From positions 19,530,001 to 19,594,000 of the forward strand of contig JBHGNT010000005.1 in the NCBI GenBank assembly GCA_043228905.1: 64,000 nucleotides of DNA, read 5' to 3'. Within the stretch, counting starts at the first letter, position 1; each line of letters begins with the position of its first letter. The stretch comes from Azolla caroliniana. Taxonomy: Eukaryota; Plantae; Polypodiophyta. A program made the position numbers and the translations under genes. The notes under the pieces are model-generated. The model ran no database searches and was not told where the DNA came from. It saw only the letters and a program-made list of their open reading frames with translations. This document shows, in pieces, positions 62,379 to 64,000 of this stretch.

Positions 62379-64000
62379 AGGTGGGATGACCCGGTCAAAG
62401 AGAAGATTGGCTTTGTCAAGGCCTCGTGCCAGAATTACGAAGTCTTAGTAGAAGACAAATGATCCGGGAAGGGCGGAGGAGCCAGACCTACAAACCGGTA
62501 TGAGACCCGGAGTACGCCAAAGAAAAGTGATGCAATCTTGCCCGACCCGCAGGAAAGGTCGAAGCCGACAAGCTTCCGGTTGAGTTCGGAAATAGAGACG
62601 ACGGACTTGAGAAAGGTCCTGGAGGAACGAATCCTCGACAACAGGGTGGAGCTGTCATTGAGAGAGGTGTTGGGAATCGCCAAGAAGGAGTTCCATGACT
62701 CCATCGTGGACCTAATTAAAAGGAAGCGGCTCTCGACGGAGCCCGAGCCGGAAAGACCCGTAGAAGTAAGTGGTAGATGCGTGTTCGGACAGCCACTACA
62801 TAAAATCACATTGGGCCAGAGCAACGACAAAGACCCCAGTTCGGATCGGGGATGCTGAGGAGCCGGTTGTGGCGTTGTTCGATCATGGGCCGGAGATAAA
62901 CCTGATTTCGTTGGACTTCTACAAAAAGGGAAAGTGGCTGGTTAACACCAAGCATGGGTGGAAGATACGCGTGGCAACCCGTGCCACGGAGGAACTACGC
63001 GGGGTGTGCTTGAATGTCAAGGTGAAGGTCGGGGATGTCGAGATCGACCAACACTTCTTCGTACAAAGACATCCTCTCACTTGGTGATTCTCGGTGAACC
63101 TTACATCATGACGGCTCGTATAGAGACCAAAGTGCTGGACAACGGTTCGACTTACCTACGGGTAAAGAGCTAGGACCGTAAACACTCCGTCCAATTTATG
63201 ACGGTTTGGCTGAACCACAAGAGGAATCGTGAGACTCTAGGCAACGACAACCAAGAGGATTTTTAGAGAGGGCGATCAAGGCGTGGGGCCATGATAGTCC
63301 GGACACTTCGGAGGAACCCCACATCTGTACAATAGGTAGGAAGTTTTGGCCCTCCGCTAACAGAGGTTGTACCATAACCGGCCATTGCATATGGTGCCCC
63401 AAGCCCCGATGACGAGATTAGTGGCAGCGTGGAGGCAGTCTCATTCGACGACACCCTCAGAGAAATCGGGAGAGTGGTCAAAGATGATCTAAGGGAAGAC
63501 CGAGTGATTCCGGTAAATTCTGTTGAGATGTACAAAGTCATTGTGGACTTCGGGAGGGAGGTCGGGTCGAATCAAACGGCCCGGGTGGATACGAGGTACA
63601 AGACTGTGGACCGGAAGGTGAGGGCGATCGCGACTCCCTTGTTAGAGGGCAGCTGGGAACAAATAAAAAGGGTTGCGACCGACCCGAGTTTACGGGATCT
63701 GGCCGCATAGGGCACCGATTCACCAACAAGATGCTATGGGATCGGTGGGGGTGGCATTCTATTGCCGGTAGAGGAAGACCGGTTTCGGACCATGCTCGGA
63801 AGGCACGGTCAGGCCTTCGCATTCTCGCCAGGGGAGATTGGGTGCGTAGACCCGACTGTAGTAGAACCGATGGTGATCTTCACGGTACCACACGTGCCGT
63901 GGAATCTCAAGCCGATTCTAGTACTGAGGGCTCACATCCCGAAATTGATGGATCTACTGAAGTAGAAAGTGGATATGGGTATCCTTGAACCGTCAAATGC
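62379..64000 (+). mobile_element. Ty3/gypsy-like gag-protease-RT start fragment, disrupted
   Basis: Aspartic-protease-like VVALFDHGPEINLI...VILGEPY and pre-RT PHVPWNLKPI...LLK.KVDMGILEPS. It is broken by stops and frameshifts and runs off the window. Confidence 0.8.

Overview
Eukaryotic plant nuclear DNA, most likely from a fern or other seed-free vascular plant. This is inferred from the very long PLS-class PPR protein style and the retroelement types; no search was run. 1-16 kb is a nest of retroelements: a degraded Ty3/gypsy Tat-like element carrying an extra archaeal-type RNase H, a degraded minus-strand Ty1/copia inserted into it, and two plus-strand insertions inside that copia. Those two are a solo LTR (TSD TTCTT) and a structurally complete but mutated Tnt1/Tork-like copia (1993-8228, TSD GGAAC, PBS-Met, PPT). 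An L1-like ORF1 remnant follows the nest. 19.1-24.1 kb holds an intact five-exon CYP72-clan P450 that closely resembles the cytokinin trans-hydroxylase CYP735A. 25-53 kb is mostly AT-rich intergenic DNA with microsatellites, minisatellites, LINE RT remnants, MITE-like inverted repeats and a tRNA-derived repeat family with two convergent Pol III-like heads. A candidate spliced minus-strand transcript (48.5-54.5 kb) lies divergent to a 1271-aa intronless PLS-PPR gene with a truncated E domain and no DYW (55350-59165). The end of the window has a deleted copia and a gypsy-like gag/protease fragment. No CRISPR array, rRNA or intact tRNA was seen.
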